Shown here: piece after piece, positions 21,401-30,099 of the stretch | Layout of the letters: every line of letters begins with the position of its first letter | Position numbering within the stretch: the first letter of the stretch is position 1 | NCBI GenBank assembly: GCA_025455725.1 | Contig: JALOLY010000002.1 | Span: 3,963 to 67,962, forward strand | Reading direction: 5' to 3' | Length of the DNA stretch: 64,000 nucleotides | Source: Amoebophilaceae bacterium | Lineage (GTDB): Bacteria > Bacteroidota > Bacteroidia > Cytophagales > Amoebophilaceae | The notes under the pieces: generated by a model | Seen by the model: the letters and a program-made list of their open reading frames with translations, nothing else | Databases searched by the model: none | What the model was told of the DNA's origin: nothing | Translations under genes and position numbers: made by a program

Positions 21401-22951
21401 TTAGCCGGTGAGCTCAGCGGCACTGTCTATATCAGCGGTAGCCCCTCTAGCCCTCAGATTACCGGTGGGGCAAGTATCACAGATACCACTGTGCGGGTAA
21501 ACTATTTGAATACACTGTACAAAATAAGTGGGTCATGCACATTTACCGGCCAGGCGATCAACATTACCACACTCCATTTATTTGACGACCAACAGGGCAA
21601 AGCCGTACTGCAAGGCAACATCATTCACAACGGGTTGAAGGATTTTGAAATCGATGCGCAAGGTAGTATGACGAATTTCAAGTTGCTTAGTACGACCTCA
21701 AAAGACAACGCATACTTCTACGGGACTTGTATCTTAAGTGGCAGCTTAACTGCCTCTGGGCCCGTCAACAACATGGCGGTATGCCTAACCTCAAAAACCG
21801 ACTCAGGTACCCATATCTCTGTCCCAGTACATGGACATAGGGCCAAGAGTACCGTTGCGTCATATGACTTCATTCAGTTCGTAAATTTTAAAACGCAATA
21901 CCAAAACGAAGAGGTTCAGACCCAACGGGTCGCCTTGAAGGGCCTCAAGTTTACATTACTCCTGGAGATTACGCCTGACGCATATGCAGAGATTATCTTG
22001 GACGAAAAAGGTGGTGATGTGATGAAAGGGTGTGGACGAGGCAGCATAAAATTAGAGGTCGACACAGAGGGAGCGCTTACTATGACCGGTGGGTTTAAGT
22101 TTGTAGAAGGTGTATACAACCTTGCACTCTACCGCATGAGTCACAAAACTTTTAAAATTCAACCAGAGAGTGAGGTCACCTGGTATGACAGTCCTTCCCA
22201 AGGTGTACTCAACATCCAAGCAGTGTACGAGCAGCGAGCTGTACTAACACCCCTCTTAGACAGCCCTGAAACAACAAGACTGACCACCAAGAAGCATCTA
22301 GTGCAAGTGGTGGTAGGTCTGCAAGGAGCATTTCTATCCCCCAAAAAGAGTTTTACGATTCATTTTCCAGAATATTCAGGTATGTCAGCCACCATTATAA
22401 ACGAATTCAAACAGAGGGCAGCACAAGACAAGCAGTATGCAGAAGCCCAGGCCTTGAGTCTCTTACTCTTTCAAGAGTTTGCTCATAGCAAGACAGTAGA
22501 GCCAAGTATTAATACCGTGAGCAGGCATTTGAGCACATTTATTTCTCAACAATTAAGTCATCTCACCTCTAGCCTGAATGACGATCTAGAGGTAGAAGTA
22601 GATATTGATACGCAAGAAATAGGACGCCTGAACTTCGGTAATCTACACTTCAACCTCTCTTATAATCTTATTGGTGGTAGGTTGAAGCTATCTAGAAGAG
22701 GAACCGTCTTTGGCAACACAGGAGAGGCGTTGCGCATAGATCAACTGATAGGTGACTGGACGATAACGTATGTGCTGACTAAAGATGGAAGATATAAGGC
22801 GAAGCTATACAAAAAAGACACCACCACAGGCGCGGATAGCAAAGCAATCCTCTCCGGAGGAATTAGCCTGATGTATACTAGGAGTTTTAACCGATGGAGG
22901 GAGTTGTGGAGCGGCAGCAAACATCCCGCAAACGAAAAGAAAGACAAGTAG
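18491..22951 (+). CDS. TamB-like translocation and assembly module protein (giant beta-rich envelope protein)
   Basis: About 1486 aa. N-terminal TM anchor (LLKWFLAIMLSLFVSTLIVL), a long beta-rich body and a C-terminal DUF490-like region. The divergent tsaD neighbour is a common Bacteroidota arrangement. The ATG at 18491 is preferred over the TTG at 18485. Confidence 0.75.
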   Translation: MPKQRTKLIKKNIGSLLKWFLAIMLSLFVSTLIVLQFPHIQNRLFGKLLQRLSHTTQFAITHQHFQLNWLHHASLTGLTIKDPQNNTILAVDQLAIKVNPLQLLMDGCMTLKKIRIRGAQVHLHRKEGESYYSIHVLLQRLMGTTTSASTTWQTGPVVIERVYLQDTAFSMHDQQNAPIQGIFDPKHFTINQISAKISNLKAQENTLRADIRHFTGKHASGLLRIDHFSTSLFVSPDNIQCRRVQLRTKDSTLEGSCTLIYDRSLTSAAFIDRVYMTAHLNNAIIATQELAVFVPYFKEHKTSYHLRGMLDGKFNDFYIKDLQLRFGEQGSYFQSCLSLQGLPHVPKVRFNIDLEQSVLYTQDLLPYLDANTCQLLEKFSCVKVKGRFCGMSADFMAQAILDTNLGKLTTDLVFQIDNVSKRTTYKGTIVTSNFELGTWLNSAAVQQLSMRGQIDGEGLNLATARFQLNANIHKLSVKNCAYKNIWAHGRFAQSFFQGKLTIDDPYLKFQADVAINLNQNVENIVISGILDRACLRELHFTDRCATLSTQLSIATQGLSLDTITIDAQLHQVCFSFEGEEIKLDALHIRKDHSGSGHLLAIDSALFALKAEGDFSYASLANDLNRFIQDYQYRWRHTGITSRRDTLQSYTLAYHLHCKDINPLLHVFGIDAHVSPNTQLEGNFLQQEETTFSLRLVEAASLSFKQNRWRNTHLELSANRSKDGQAISAVVQLASEEQQWGTFSTTKDLAVTLAWKDDQICFSSNIGPPESPKQLSIRGTALLLDSAIEITLIPSQVLYADNQWQVHPANRIILSKSRIEFQDFTFYKGQQHISLRGALSSTPTEVLHLTVQDCLLNNFAFLINRPITGVLNATATLQGPLSQPYINSDVTLEQFTIAHLLIGDLHAHVDWHHASQRCNIDCRLDHLQQQVVTLQGYYEPLKKADSLQLVAHFSHTPLATLELLVAKHLSQLAGELSGTVYISGSPSSPQITGGASITDTTVRVNYLNTLYKISGSCTFTGQAINITTLHLFDDQQGKAVLQGNIIHNGLKDFEIDAQGSMTNFKLLSTTSKDNAYFYGTCILSGSLTASGPVNNMAVCLTSKTDSGTHISVPVHGHRAKSTVASYDFIQFVNFKTQYQNEEVQTQRVALKGLKFTLLLEITPDAYAEIILDEKGGDVMKGCGRGSIKLEVDTEGALTMTGGFKFVEGVYNLALYRMSHKTFKIQPESEVTWYDSPSQGVLNIQAVYEQRAVLTPLLDSPETTRLTTKKHLVQVVVGLQGAFLSPKKSFTIHFPEYSGMSATIINEFKQRAAQDKQYAEAQALSLLLFQEFAHSKTVEPSINTVSRHLSTFISQQLSHLTSSLNDDLEVEVDIDTQEIGRLNFGNLHFNLSYNLIGGRLKLSRRGTVFGNTGEALRIDQLIGDWTITYVLTKDGRYKAKLYKKDTTTGADSKAILSGGISLMYTRSFNRWRELWSGSKHPANEKKDK

Positions 22952-23015
22952 CGACAGAGCGGCTGACCATACGTCAAATCAAGCTAGCAGCACCCACCTT
23001 TTATTTTGGAAAAAC

Positions 23016-23939
23016 TCATTCGTTGAGGAACGATCCGTTACCAAGAGATTCAGAATCAACGGGGCTGAGTGTACAAGTAATAGCCTCCGGTACTACTCCC
23101 TTTACGCTCGGTTCTACAGGATTCACTATATCACAGATGTTCTTCACTACGCTACAAGATACCAGCAGACCGTCCCTCTTAGTTTTCTTTTCTTTTTTAT
23201 TGTCCTCTACGCTCTTATTTTCATCACTCAAAATAAACCTATCGAAATCCATCCCCTCAACAAAGATAAATAAACAATTATGGAACTCCCTTAGAGCACT
23301 AGACAAACAACGAATATCTTTCATCGTGTCCTCTAAATCCGCATCAACGCTTTCAACCCTCTTCTTAGTCTTAGAGAGTAGCGTATCGAGGCCACTAACT
23401 TGCTTCCGTAGCGGCTCGAGGTCTTTTTCACGCTGCTCATTAGCCAAAGAGGCCTGTGTTTCCAGTTCTTTGACAAGATCCGCATCAACATTTTCAACCC
23501 GCTCCTTAGTCTGAGTGAGTTGCGTATCGAAGCCGTTGACTTGCCGTTGCAGCTGTTCGAGCTTTTCCAGTTCTTCGATGCGATTCGCATTCACACTTTC
23601 AACCTGCTCCTTAGTCTGAGTGAGTTGCGTATCGAAGCCGTTGACTTGCCGTCGTAGCTGTTCGAGCTCCCTTTCGCGCTGCTCATTAGCCAAAGAGACC
23701 TGCCTTTCCAGTTTTTTGACAAGATCCGCATCAACATTTTCAACCTGCTCCTTAGTCTGAGTGAGTTGCGTATCGAAGCCGTTGACTTGCCGCTGCAGCT
23801 GTTCGAGCTCTCTTTCGCGCTGCTCACTAGCTAAAGAAGTCTGCTTTTCCAGTTCCTCGATACGCTCACTCAGCTCTGCGTTGCTGCAGTGCACGAATAA
23901 AAGCAAGCACACGACACCAATTTTTGCATCTCTGAACAT
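23016..23939 (-). CDS. Secreted tandem-repeat coiled-coil protein (307 aa)
   Basis: Signal-peptide-like N-terminus (MFRDAKIGVVCLLLFVHCSNA/EL). Four repeats of 47, 47, 35 and 47 aa, N- to C-terminal (ELEQLQRQVNGFDTQLTQTKEQVENVDADLVK...). Non-repeat Cys-containing C-terminal domain of about 100 aa. Confidence 0.7.
   Translation of the reverse strand: MFRDAKIGVVCLLLFVHCSNAELSERIEELEKQTSLASEQRERELEQLQRQVNGFDTQLTQTKEQVENVDADLVKKLERQVSLANEQRERELEQLRRQVNGFDTQLTQTKEQVESVNANRIEELEKLEQLQRQVNGFDTQLTQTKERVENVDADLVKELETQASLANEQREKDLEPLRKQVSGLDTLLSKTKKRVESVDADLEDTMKDIRCLSSALREFHNCLFIFVEGMDFDRFILSDENKSVEDNKKEKKTKRDGLLVSCSVVKNICDIVNPVEPSVKGVVPEAITCTLSPVDSESLGNGSFLNE
23336..23863 (-). repeat. Intragenic tandem repeat array with units 141, 105, 141 and 141 nt in plus-strand coordinate order
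   Basis: Units at 23336-23476 (diverged), 23477-23581, 23582-23722 and 23723-23863. A 46-nt core (gctccttagtctgagtgagttgcgtatcgaagccgttgacttgccg) is identical in three units. Confidence 0.9.
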
Positions 23940-23997
23940 ACTGCTGCTATTTATATCATCAATAAAGAAGAAGAACCCAAAAGAAGGAATTACCCTC

Positions 23998-25053
23998 TTA
24001 CCCTATATCATTGTTTCTGGTTCTGGTTCTGGAACCCGCACTAGCAATTTCTGCAGCACGTAGGCTCGCCTGTAACCTAAGCACTTCTGCCTCTGCTACT
24101 GCCTTCCCCGATTCTGCCTCTTTTCTTGCTGCCTCTTCTGTTGCATACTGACCCTGTATTGCCACCTTTGCTGCCTCTGCATCATCGCGCTGAGCCTCCG
24201 CTCTCAAAGCCCTGGACACCACCTTATGCCGACCCCAAAGCACGCCCCCCGCCACTAACACTGCTGCTGTACACACCCCCGTCCCCATACCCAGATGATT
24301 TATTTGCCCATTTTCTATTGATGGTAAGCCAAGCAGACTCCCAAAATTCCAGGGAGATCCTTCTAAACCACGAATTGCCTGATCAGCGCTAAGACGACTA
24401 ATGTTTATGCATGCGTCGTACTTACCTTGAAGGTCCTCGTGCTTCTTCCCTGCTTTTTTCAGTTTGCTTTCCAAGTCTGCAATGCTTCCTTGACTTTCGG
24501 TCAGATTCATTTCTAGAGCATCTACGCGAGACCTGCAGGCATTTTTTGACTCCTTGCACTGCTCATCTAAGGCTCCGTAGTCTCTTCGTAACGCACTCAG
24601 CTGATCGCCTAAAACATCTCTCTGTACGTTGCACTCCTCGAGGTTTCTGTTGCCAGCACTTATAATCTCACCCAGTCTCTGTCCCTGTTCCTGTATTTGT
24701 GTTTGCATCTGTAGCACAGCACCCTCTAGCGGTGAGCTGTCAGAAATCCAGCTTTCCCCCTCTACAACCCTCAGGCCGCTACCACACTGGCTTAATGTTT
24801 CCTCTAACTTTTCTTTGCTATCCCGACACTCATGCAGCGCTATCTTGCAGTGGGAGATATGACACGGCCCCTCGCTGTCTGGACTAAAAAATACTTGGCC
24901 GAGGCCCATGTCGAACTGCTCATAACAACCACTTCCCCCTTTTACGGAGTCTTCCTGCGTCACAGATAACATCTGGTGCCCGTTACAGCTGCCTAATAAA
25001 GAAGCCCCCCAAAAAAGGGTGCCAACGAGACAAAAAACCTTGGTGTTCTTCAT
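23998..25053 (-). CDS. Putative lipoprotein with a Cys-rich region, a coiled coil, a C-terminal TM helix and an Ala/Glu-rich tail
   Basis: The internal ATG at 25053 gives MKNTKVFCLVGTLFWGASLLGSC (signal plus lipobox-like LGSC). It is followed by heptad-like segments, the TM helix GTGVCTAAVLVAGGVLWG, and then an ~80-aa tail containing AEAQRDDAEAAK...AEAEVLRLQASLRAAE. The listed longer ORF (to 25230) adds 59 aa with no features. Confidence 0.6.
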   Translation of the reverse strand: MKNTKVFCLVGTLFWGASLLGSCNGHQMLSVTQEDSVKGGSGCYEQFDMGLGQVFFSPDSEGPCHISHCKIALHECRDSKEKLEETLSQCGSGLRVVEGESWISDSSPLEGAVLQMQTQIQEQGQRLGEIISAGNRNLEECNVQRDVLGDQLSALRRDYGALDEQCKESKNACRSRVDALEMNLTESQGSIADLESKLKKAGKKHEDLQGKYDACINISRLSADQAIRGLEGSPWNFGSLLGLPSIENGQINHLGMGTGVCTAAVLVAGGVLWGRHKVVSRALRAEAQRDDAEAAKVAIQGQYATEEAARKEAESGKAVAEAEVLRLQASLRAAEIASAGSRTRTRNNDIG

Positions 25054-25401
25054 GAAGTGAGGCGCTAAACTGTCTCTTTCTCTCTCGAGCTTGTGTCTAC
25101 TGATTTGCCCTACCTTTAAGAATCCGGAGTGCAGCTGGCCACAATATGCTTGAAAAAAGGCCAAAAAGTCAAGTCCTAGGCCTATTTTGGGGCTAGCTTT
25201 TCGAGCAAGCACAAGCTTCTCCATTTGCATTTGGCCATACCTCTCCTTTTTTTTGCAAATTGCCGGGCTTCTAGATTAACCATCTTCGGAACAGCGCAGG
25301 CGATATACGCGAACTGAACGAGGTCAAACGCACTCCGCAAATAGGTACGTTGTCGTTTGGCATGCACTCGCATTGAGACTCACAAATAAAAGTTAACGGA
25401 G

Positions 25402-26718
25402 ATGCTCTGGATACAAATGACTATAGTGTTACTTGCCATTTTTTTGGGTGCCAGACTGCAAGGAATCAGCTTAGGCATCATGGGTGGTCTGGGATTAGCC
25501 ATCCTGGCTTTTATTTTTCAGGTGAAGCCTACCGATCCTCCAACAGAGGTGCTGATGATTGTCACTGCCGTCGTTACTGCTTCAAGCACTTTAGAAGCGG
25601 CAGGCGGGTTGCGCTACTTAACCACACTAGCAGAGCGATTCATTAGGCGATATCCGCATAGAATCACTTTTTTGAGCCCACTGATCGTATACCTATTTAC
25701 CCTACTGGGAGGCACTGGCCATACCCTCTACGCCATACTCCCCGTAATTGCTGATGTAGCCAAGGACGTGGGTGTGCGCCCCTCCAGACCTCTGTCGATG
25801 GCTGTTATTGCTGCCCAGCAAGCTGTACTGGCTAGCCCAATATCTGCACCCATTGCACTTGTGGTAGGGCTTTTCGCACCCTACGGCATAGGTCTGATAG
25901 ATATCCTGAAAGTATGCGTCCCTGCCACTTTTGGAGGTGTTTTGTTGGCTACCCTCGTAGTGAACAAGTGGGGAAAAGAGTTGCATGAAGATCCCGCATA
26001 CCTGCGAAGGGTACAAGGTGCACAACAGAAGGCGGAAGCACAGACTGTAAAAACCGATCCTGTACCAAGCACAGCGAAACGTTCTGTAACTTTATTTGCA
26101 CTGGGGATTACCATCGTCATGTTGTGTGGTGTTTGGAAGGGATTACGACCAAGTTGGGAAATAGATGGGACCAGGCAGCCAATGGCGATGTCGGTCGTGA
26201 TTGAGATCATGATGCTGTCTATTGCAGCTTTGATTGTACTGTTGTGTAAGTTGGATCCCAAAGAGATCGTGAAAAGCAATGTTTTTAGCTCAGGTATTCA
26301 GGCTGTTATAGCTATTCTGGGAATTTCGTGGCTAGGAGATACTTTTATCACAACCAATAAGGAGGAGATCCTGGTAGCAGTTCAGGCTCAAATCACGCAA
26401 AAACCTTGGCAGTTCAGTCTACTGCTTTTTCTGATGTCTATCCTGCTCGTCAGTCAGACTGCTACCATCCGTGCCGTCATACCTCTCGGCATTGCCTTGG
26501 GACTTCCCGCGCCTGCGTTACTGGCTGCATTGCCCGCCGTTAATGGTTTGTTTTTTATCCCTAACTATCCTACGCTGCTCGCTGCCATAAGCTTGGATAG
26601 TACGGGTACTACCCGTGTGGGTAAGTTCGTGCTGAATCATAGTTTTATGATACCTGGCCTTGTGGCTACTACCACAGCGGTAGTCATTGCAGGGGCGCTG
26701 GTCAAGTTATTTTTCTAG
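25402..26718 (+). CDS. Anaerobic C4-dicarboxylate transporter, DcuA/DcuB family
   Basis: The N-terminus IVLLAIFLGARLQGISLGIMGGLG and the motif GGTGHTLYAILPVIADVAK match the Dcu family; 438 aa, multi-TM. Confidence 0.88.
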   Translation: MLWIQMTIVLLAIFLGARLQGISLGIMGGLGLAILAFIFQVKPTDPPTEVLMIVTAVVTASSTLEAAGGLRYLTTLAERFIRRYPHRITFLSPLIVYLFTLLGGTGHTLYAILPVIADVAKDVGVRPSRPLSMAVIAAQQAVLASPISAPIALVVGLFAPYGIGLIDILKVCVPATFGGVLLATLVVNKWGKELHEDPAYLRRVQGAQQKAEAQTVKTDPVPSTAKRSVTLFALGITIVMLCGVWKGLRPSWEIDGTRQPMAMSVVIEIMMLSIAALIVLLCKLDPKEIVKSNVFSSGIQAVIAILGISWLGDTFITTNKEEILVAVQAQITQKPWQFSLLLFLMSILLVSQTATIRAVIPLGIALGLPAPALLAALPAVNGLFFIPNYPTLLAAISLDSTGTTRVGKFVLNHSFMIPGLVATTTAVVIAGALVKLFF

Positions 26719-27192
26719 ACTATACGACTTTCTCAAGACCGTATTGATTACCACAAAGCAGCTACATCATGCTCCCAGATAAGTGGTGCTCTCGGGGGGC
26801 TTCGCCTTGTCATAAGCGGTGCAGACACTACAAGTAGAAAACTAGTAACTTTCTTCACTTGCCCACCTTCAGTGTACTCCAATAGAGGAGAGTCTTCGCC
26901 TAAGGACACGGTTGTGGCAGCTCTGCGCCTCTGTGAACAACTTTTTTGATTTCCTTTTGCGTGATAAGCAAAAAACACCTCCAACAAGGAGCATTGATCA
27001 ACCAGCGCTCAAGCACCCTACAGCGTTCGGTGCGTTCTGTGAGTGTGGCTATGCCTGAGGTGCCTCTTGATATTTTGAGGACATCTTAGTAGAGGAAGTC
27101 AAGATGCAATATGATGGTAGCAGCAACGGGCACGTCAGCGGGCCGACCAGGACAAACGACTAGCACCGTACGTAGCTCCTGAGTGCCGCAAT

Positions 27193-27852
27193 CTAGAGTT
27201 CTGCTAGTACAGAACTGCCGCCCTTAACTTTTTGCCCTAGGCTCACTCTGAGTTTCGCATCGAGCGGGAGAAAAACATCTACCCTAGAACCAAACTTGAT
27301 GAAACCACACTCACTGCCCTGCTGCACTCGATCACCCTCTCGAACGTAGGATTTAATTCTTCTAGCAATAAAACCTGCGATCTGACGAAAAAGAACTTGC
27401 ACGCCTTGCGCATGCTCAACCACAATCGTAGTACGCTCGTTTTTAGTACTAGATTTGGGATGCCAGGCTACTAAATATCTCCCTGGGTGGTACTTGAAAA
27501 ACTTAACAATACCGGAGATAGGATTCCTATTGACGTGCACATTGAAGGGAGACATGAACACGCTTATCTGTACGCGGTTGTCTCGCAAATATTCGTCCTC
27601 GTATACTTCCTGAATTGCCACTACTGTCCCGTCTGCAGGTGCTAGTACATAGGCTTCTCGCTGTGAGATGACTCGGTATGGGTTGCGAAAAAAGTAGATG
27701 AGCCACGCGTAAAGCAGCACACTCACAGCCGTGAACGAGGCATAATACCGGTGTGCCGTCGCACCATACCTGAAAAGAACAACAGAATGTATGCTTAGTA
27801 AAAAAACGGAGGCAGCTAATAAAATAGCCCTTCCCTCTCTGTGGATACGCAT
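27193..27852 (-). CDS. psd: Phosphatidylserine decarboxylase (short form)
   Basis: 219 aa. N-terminal TM segments and a C-terminal KFGSRVDV self-cleavage-type motif. Confidence 0.85.
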   Translation of the reverse strand: MRIHREGRAILLAASVFLLSIHSVVLFRYGATAHRYYASFTAVSVLLYAWLIYFFRNPYRVISQREAYVLAPADGTVVAIQEVYEDEYLRDNRVQISVFMSPFNVHVNRNPISGIVKFFKYHPGRYLVAWHPKSSTKNERTTIVVEHAQGVQVLFRQIAGFIARRIKSYVREGDRVQQGSECGFIKFGSRVDVFLPLDAKLRVSLGQKVKGGSSVLAEL

Positions 27853-27986
27853 CTCGTACTGATTTGGCCAGCTTTTCTCGGGGAACTGCCCGTCTATGTG
27901 TAGAAACGGCTTCTCCTACTGGAGGCAGTGCAAGTTACAACTTTTATCTACGTATGTCTATCAATAGGGAAGTCATACTACATCGC

Positions 27987-28820
27987 TCATGACAACAACT
28001 TTACGAAAACCACTATGAAAGGGATGGTTAGCAAAAAGCTATCGAACCTGTCTAGCCAACCTCCGTGCCCAGGAAGAGCACGCCCAGAGTCTTTAATCTT
28101 GAGGCTTCTCTTAAGCATTGATTCGACCAAGTCGCCATAAGTGCCAGCTATCACCGTGATGCCACCAATGCCCAGCCACCCCGCCAAATCTATGATACTG
28201 AAGTAGTGAGCAATAGTGTAACTCACGACCAGTGTCATGGTGGCACCTCCTAAAGCCCCTTCCCAAGATTTCTGGGGCGATATACGTTCGAAGAGTCTGC
28301 GTTTTCCTACGCTCGTACCTACCAAGTAAGCACCTGTATCATTGGCCCACAGGGTCAGTAAAATGCCTATCACCATTTCGTATCTGTAAGTACCTGTAGC
28401 AAAAGCAATCATATGGAGCAAGACAAATGGCCCACCCACATAAACAATGCCCAGCAGTGTGTAGGCAATATTAGTAAAGGGAATCGGCCCCTTTTTGTGA
28501 AGTTCGGTAGGGAAAACAAGGGCGACCACGGGACACAGTAGGTAGAGGTAGTTGCCAGCTAGTTGCCCACTGGCATGCATAAATACGAGTACATAGGTCA
28601 AAATAGCTCCCCCGATCCCCAAAAATTTGTTGGGACGTATGCCACTAAGGTCAGCCAACCGATAAAATTCTAGCATGGTCGACACGGCAACAAAAAGAAA
28701 GAGTAAAAAGTAGCTCCAGAGACTCCACGATATACAAGCGATGACAACGGGGACAGCAACCAATGCGAAGAGCACTCTCTTAACAATATTGCTATACCGT
28801 AAGGACATTAATTTGCGCAA
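27987..28820 (-). CDS. cdsA: Phosphatidate cytidylyltransferase
   Basis: CDS signature SMLKRSLKIKDSGRALPGHGGWLDRFDS; multi-TM. Confidence 0.9.
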   Translation of the reverse strand: MRKLMSLRYSNIVKRVLFALVAVPVVIACISWSLWSYFLLFLFVAVSTMLEFYRLADLSGIRPNKFLGIGGAILTYVLVFMHASGQLAGNYLYLLCPVVALVFPTELHKKGPIPFTNIAYTLLGIVYVGGPFVLLHMIAFATGTYRYEMVIGILLTLWANDTGAYLVGTSVGKRRLFERISPQKSWEGALGGATMTLVVSYTIAHYFSIIDLAGWLGIGGITVIAGTYGDLVESMLKRSLKIKDSGRALPGHGGWLDRFDSFLLTIPFIVVFVKLLS

Positions 28821-29019
28821 TGTCTGGTTATGATCGATGGCCTTTACGAGTAATGGGGATCAAAAGGGCATACCCCCGGGATTTGGGATTGACTATTATA
28901 TCTTCCAAAGGTACACTTTCCTCGGTAAATACTTTATTTTCATTATCACAGCACCAAGACTAATGTGAAGGTGTTAGCGGCTACTGCCGGGCCCTTCTAG
29001 AGAATCTTAGACTACGGTT

Positions 29020-29709
29020 ATGTTACAAGATTTTATCAATTTGTTCTTTCCGCATTACTGTTTGACTTGTCAAGAGATACTTGTAAAAGGGGAAACATTG
29101 ATCTGTACAGTTTGTTTCCTTGATCTTCCCCCAACAACCTGCCACCAAGAGCCTGAGAACATAGTCGCCCAAAGACTCGCCGGTAGACTACCCATCAGTC
29201 ATGCCATGGCACTGTACAAATTCCGAAAATCAGGTAAGGTGCAATGCCTACTCCATCATTTGAAGTATGGGAACAAACCGTTAATAGGAAAAGTACTGGG
29301 CAGAAGATTTGGCGCCCTTTTCAAGGAAGCACATGGAGGTGCAACATTGGATCTCATCATTCCCGTTCCCTTGCACAGCAGTAAGCTTCGGAAAAGGGGC
29401 TACAACCAAAGTGACTTTTTTGCACAAGGAATTGCTGAAGTGCTACACATCCCTTGGAGCAACCAGCATCTTAAACGCGCCACAAAGGCAGTTACACAAA
29501 CAAAAATGAGTAAGTTAGAGCGCTTTAAAAGTGTGGAAAATGCTTTTGTGGCGACAAACATTTCAAGCCTACACAACAAGCACATCCTTCTGGTGGATGA
29601 CGTCATGACAACAGGGGCCACGCTAGAGGCCTGTGGCTTAGTATTGTTAGCTGCTGGAATCAAGGAACTTAGTGTGGCCACCATAGCAGTGACAACATCA
29701 AGCTATTGA
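29020..29709 (+). CDS. comF: ComF-family phosphoribosyltransferase-domain protein
   Basis: N-terminal CxxC...CxxC zinc-finger-like motif and the PRTase motif ILLVDDVMTTGATL. Confidence 0.85.
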   Translation: MLQDFINLFFPHYCLTCQEILVKGETLICTVCFLDLPPTTCHQEPENIVAQRLAGRLPISHAMALYKFRKSGKVQCLLHHLKYGNKPLIGKVLGRRFGALFKEAHGGATLDLIIPVPLHSSKLRKRGYNQSDFFAQGIAEVLHIPWSNQHLKRATKAVTQTKMSKLERFKSVENAFVATNISSLHNKHILLVDDVMTTGATLEACGLVLLAAGIKELSVATIAVTTSSY

Positions 29710-30099
29710 TCATCAAGCCCCGCTAATCATTGTGTACCTGAACCCAGCTATTGTATCAAAATACACATGGCCTAGGTACCTTTTCATGCTCCATGGAAGT
29801 CAATAACCATAATCTTGCTAGGCCATTTTTTTGATAGTTTCGGGGTTTTTGTCAATCAATACGGCGTTGTTTTGGCCATGACGTTCTGCTGCGGGAGGGT
29901 ACAGTGTACTGCATCGTCTTATGATGAGTTAAAGTTTTCAGCATCTTAGGATGAGATCAGTCTGTAAAAGTCGCATGCCTACTCATAGACATCACCACCA
30001 ACAACATCACACCCAAAAGATCAGCGCAGCAGTTGTGGTACCTAAGGGCTACGCGTTCATTGTGACCATACGCCATGGCTTTCCTTGCCTATTTGGATG

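Noticed and set aside
23061-23068. ggggctga, the typical tmRNA 5' start; smpB is in the window.
   Set aside because: It lies inside the coiled-coil CDS. No tRNA-like T-arm/ACCA 3' end or tag reading frame occurs downstream. I found no TGGTGGAGC...GAACC signature in the stretches of either strand that I read.
22894-23514. A 206-aa plus-strand ORF, plus another at 23761-24063, overlapping the repeat gene.
   Set aside because: They are antisense mirrors of the tandem repeats: S/L/T/R-rich with no signal or domain features. The minus-strand frame has a signal peptide, heptad periodicity and repeat units in multiples of three, so it is the real gene.
25054-25230. A 59-codon N-terminal extension of the coiled-coil lipoprotein ORF.
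   Set aside because: The internal ATG at 25053 gives a canonical signal: a basic n-region, a hydrophobic core and a Cys. The extension would bury that signal peptide.
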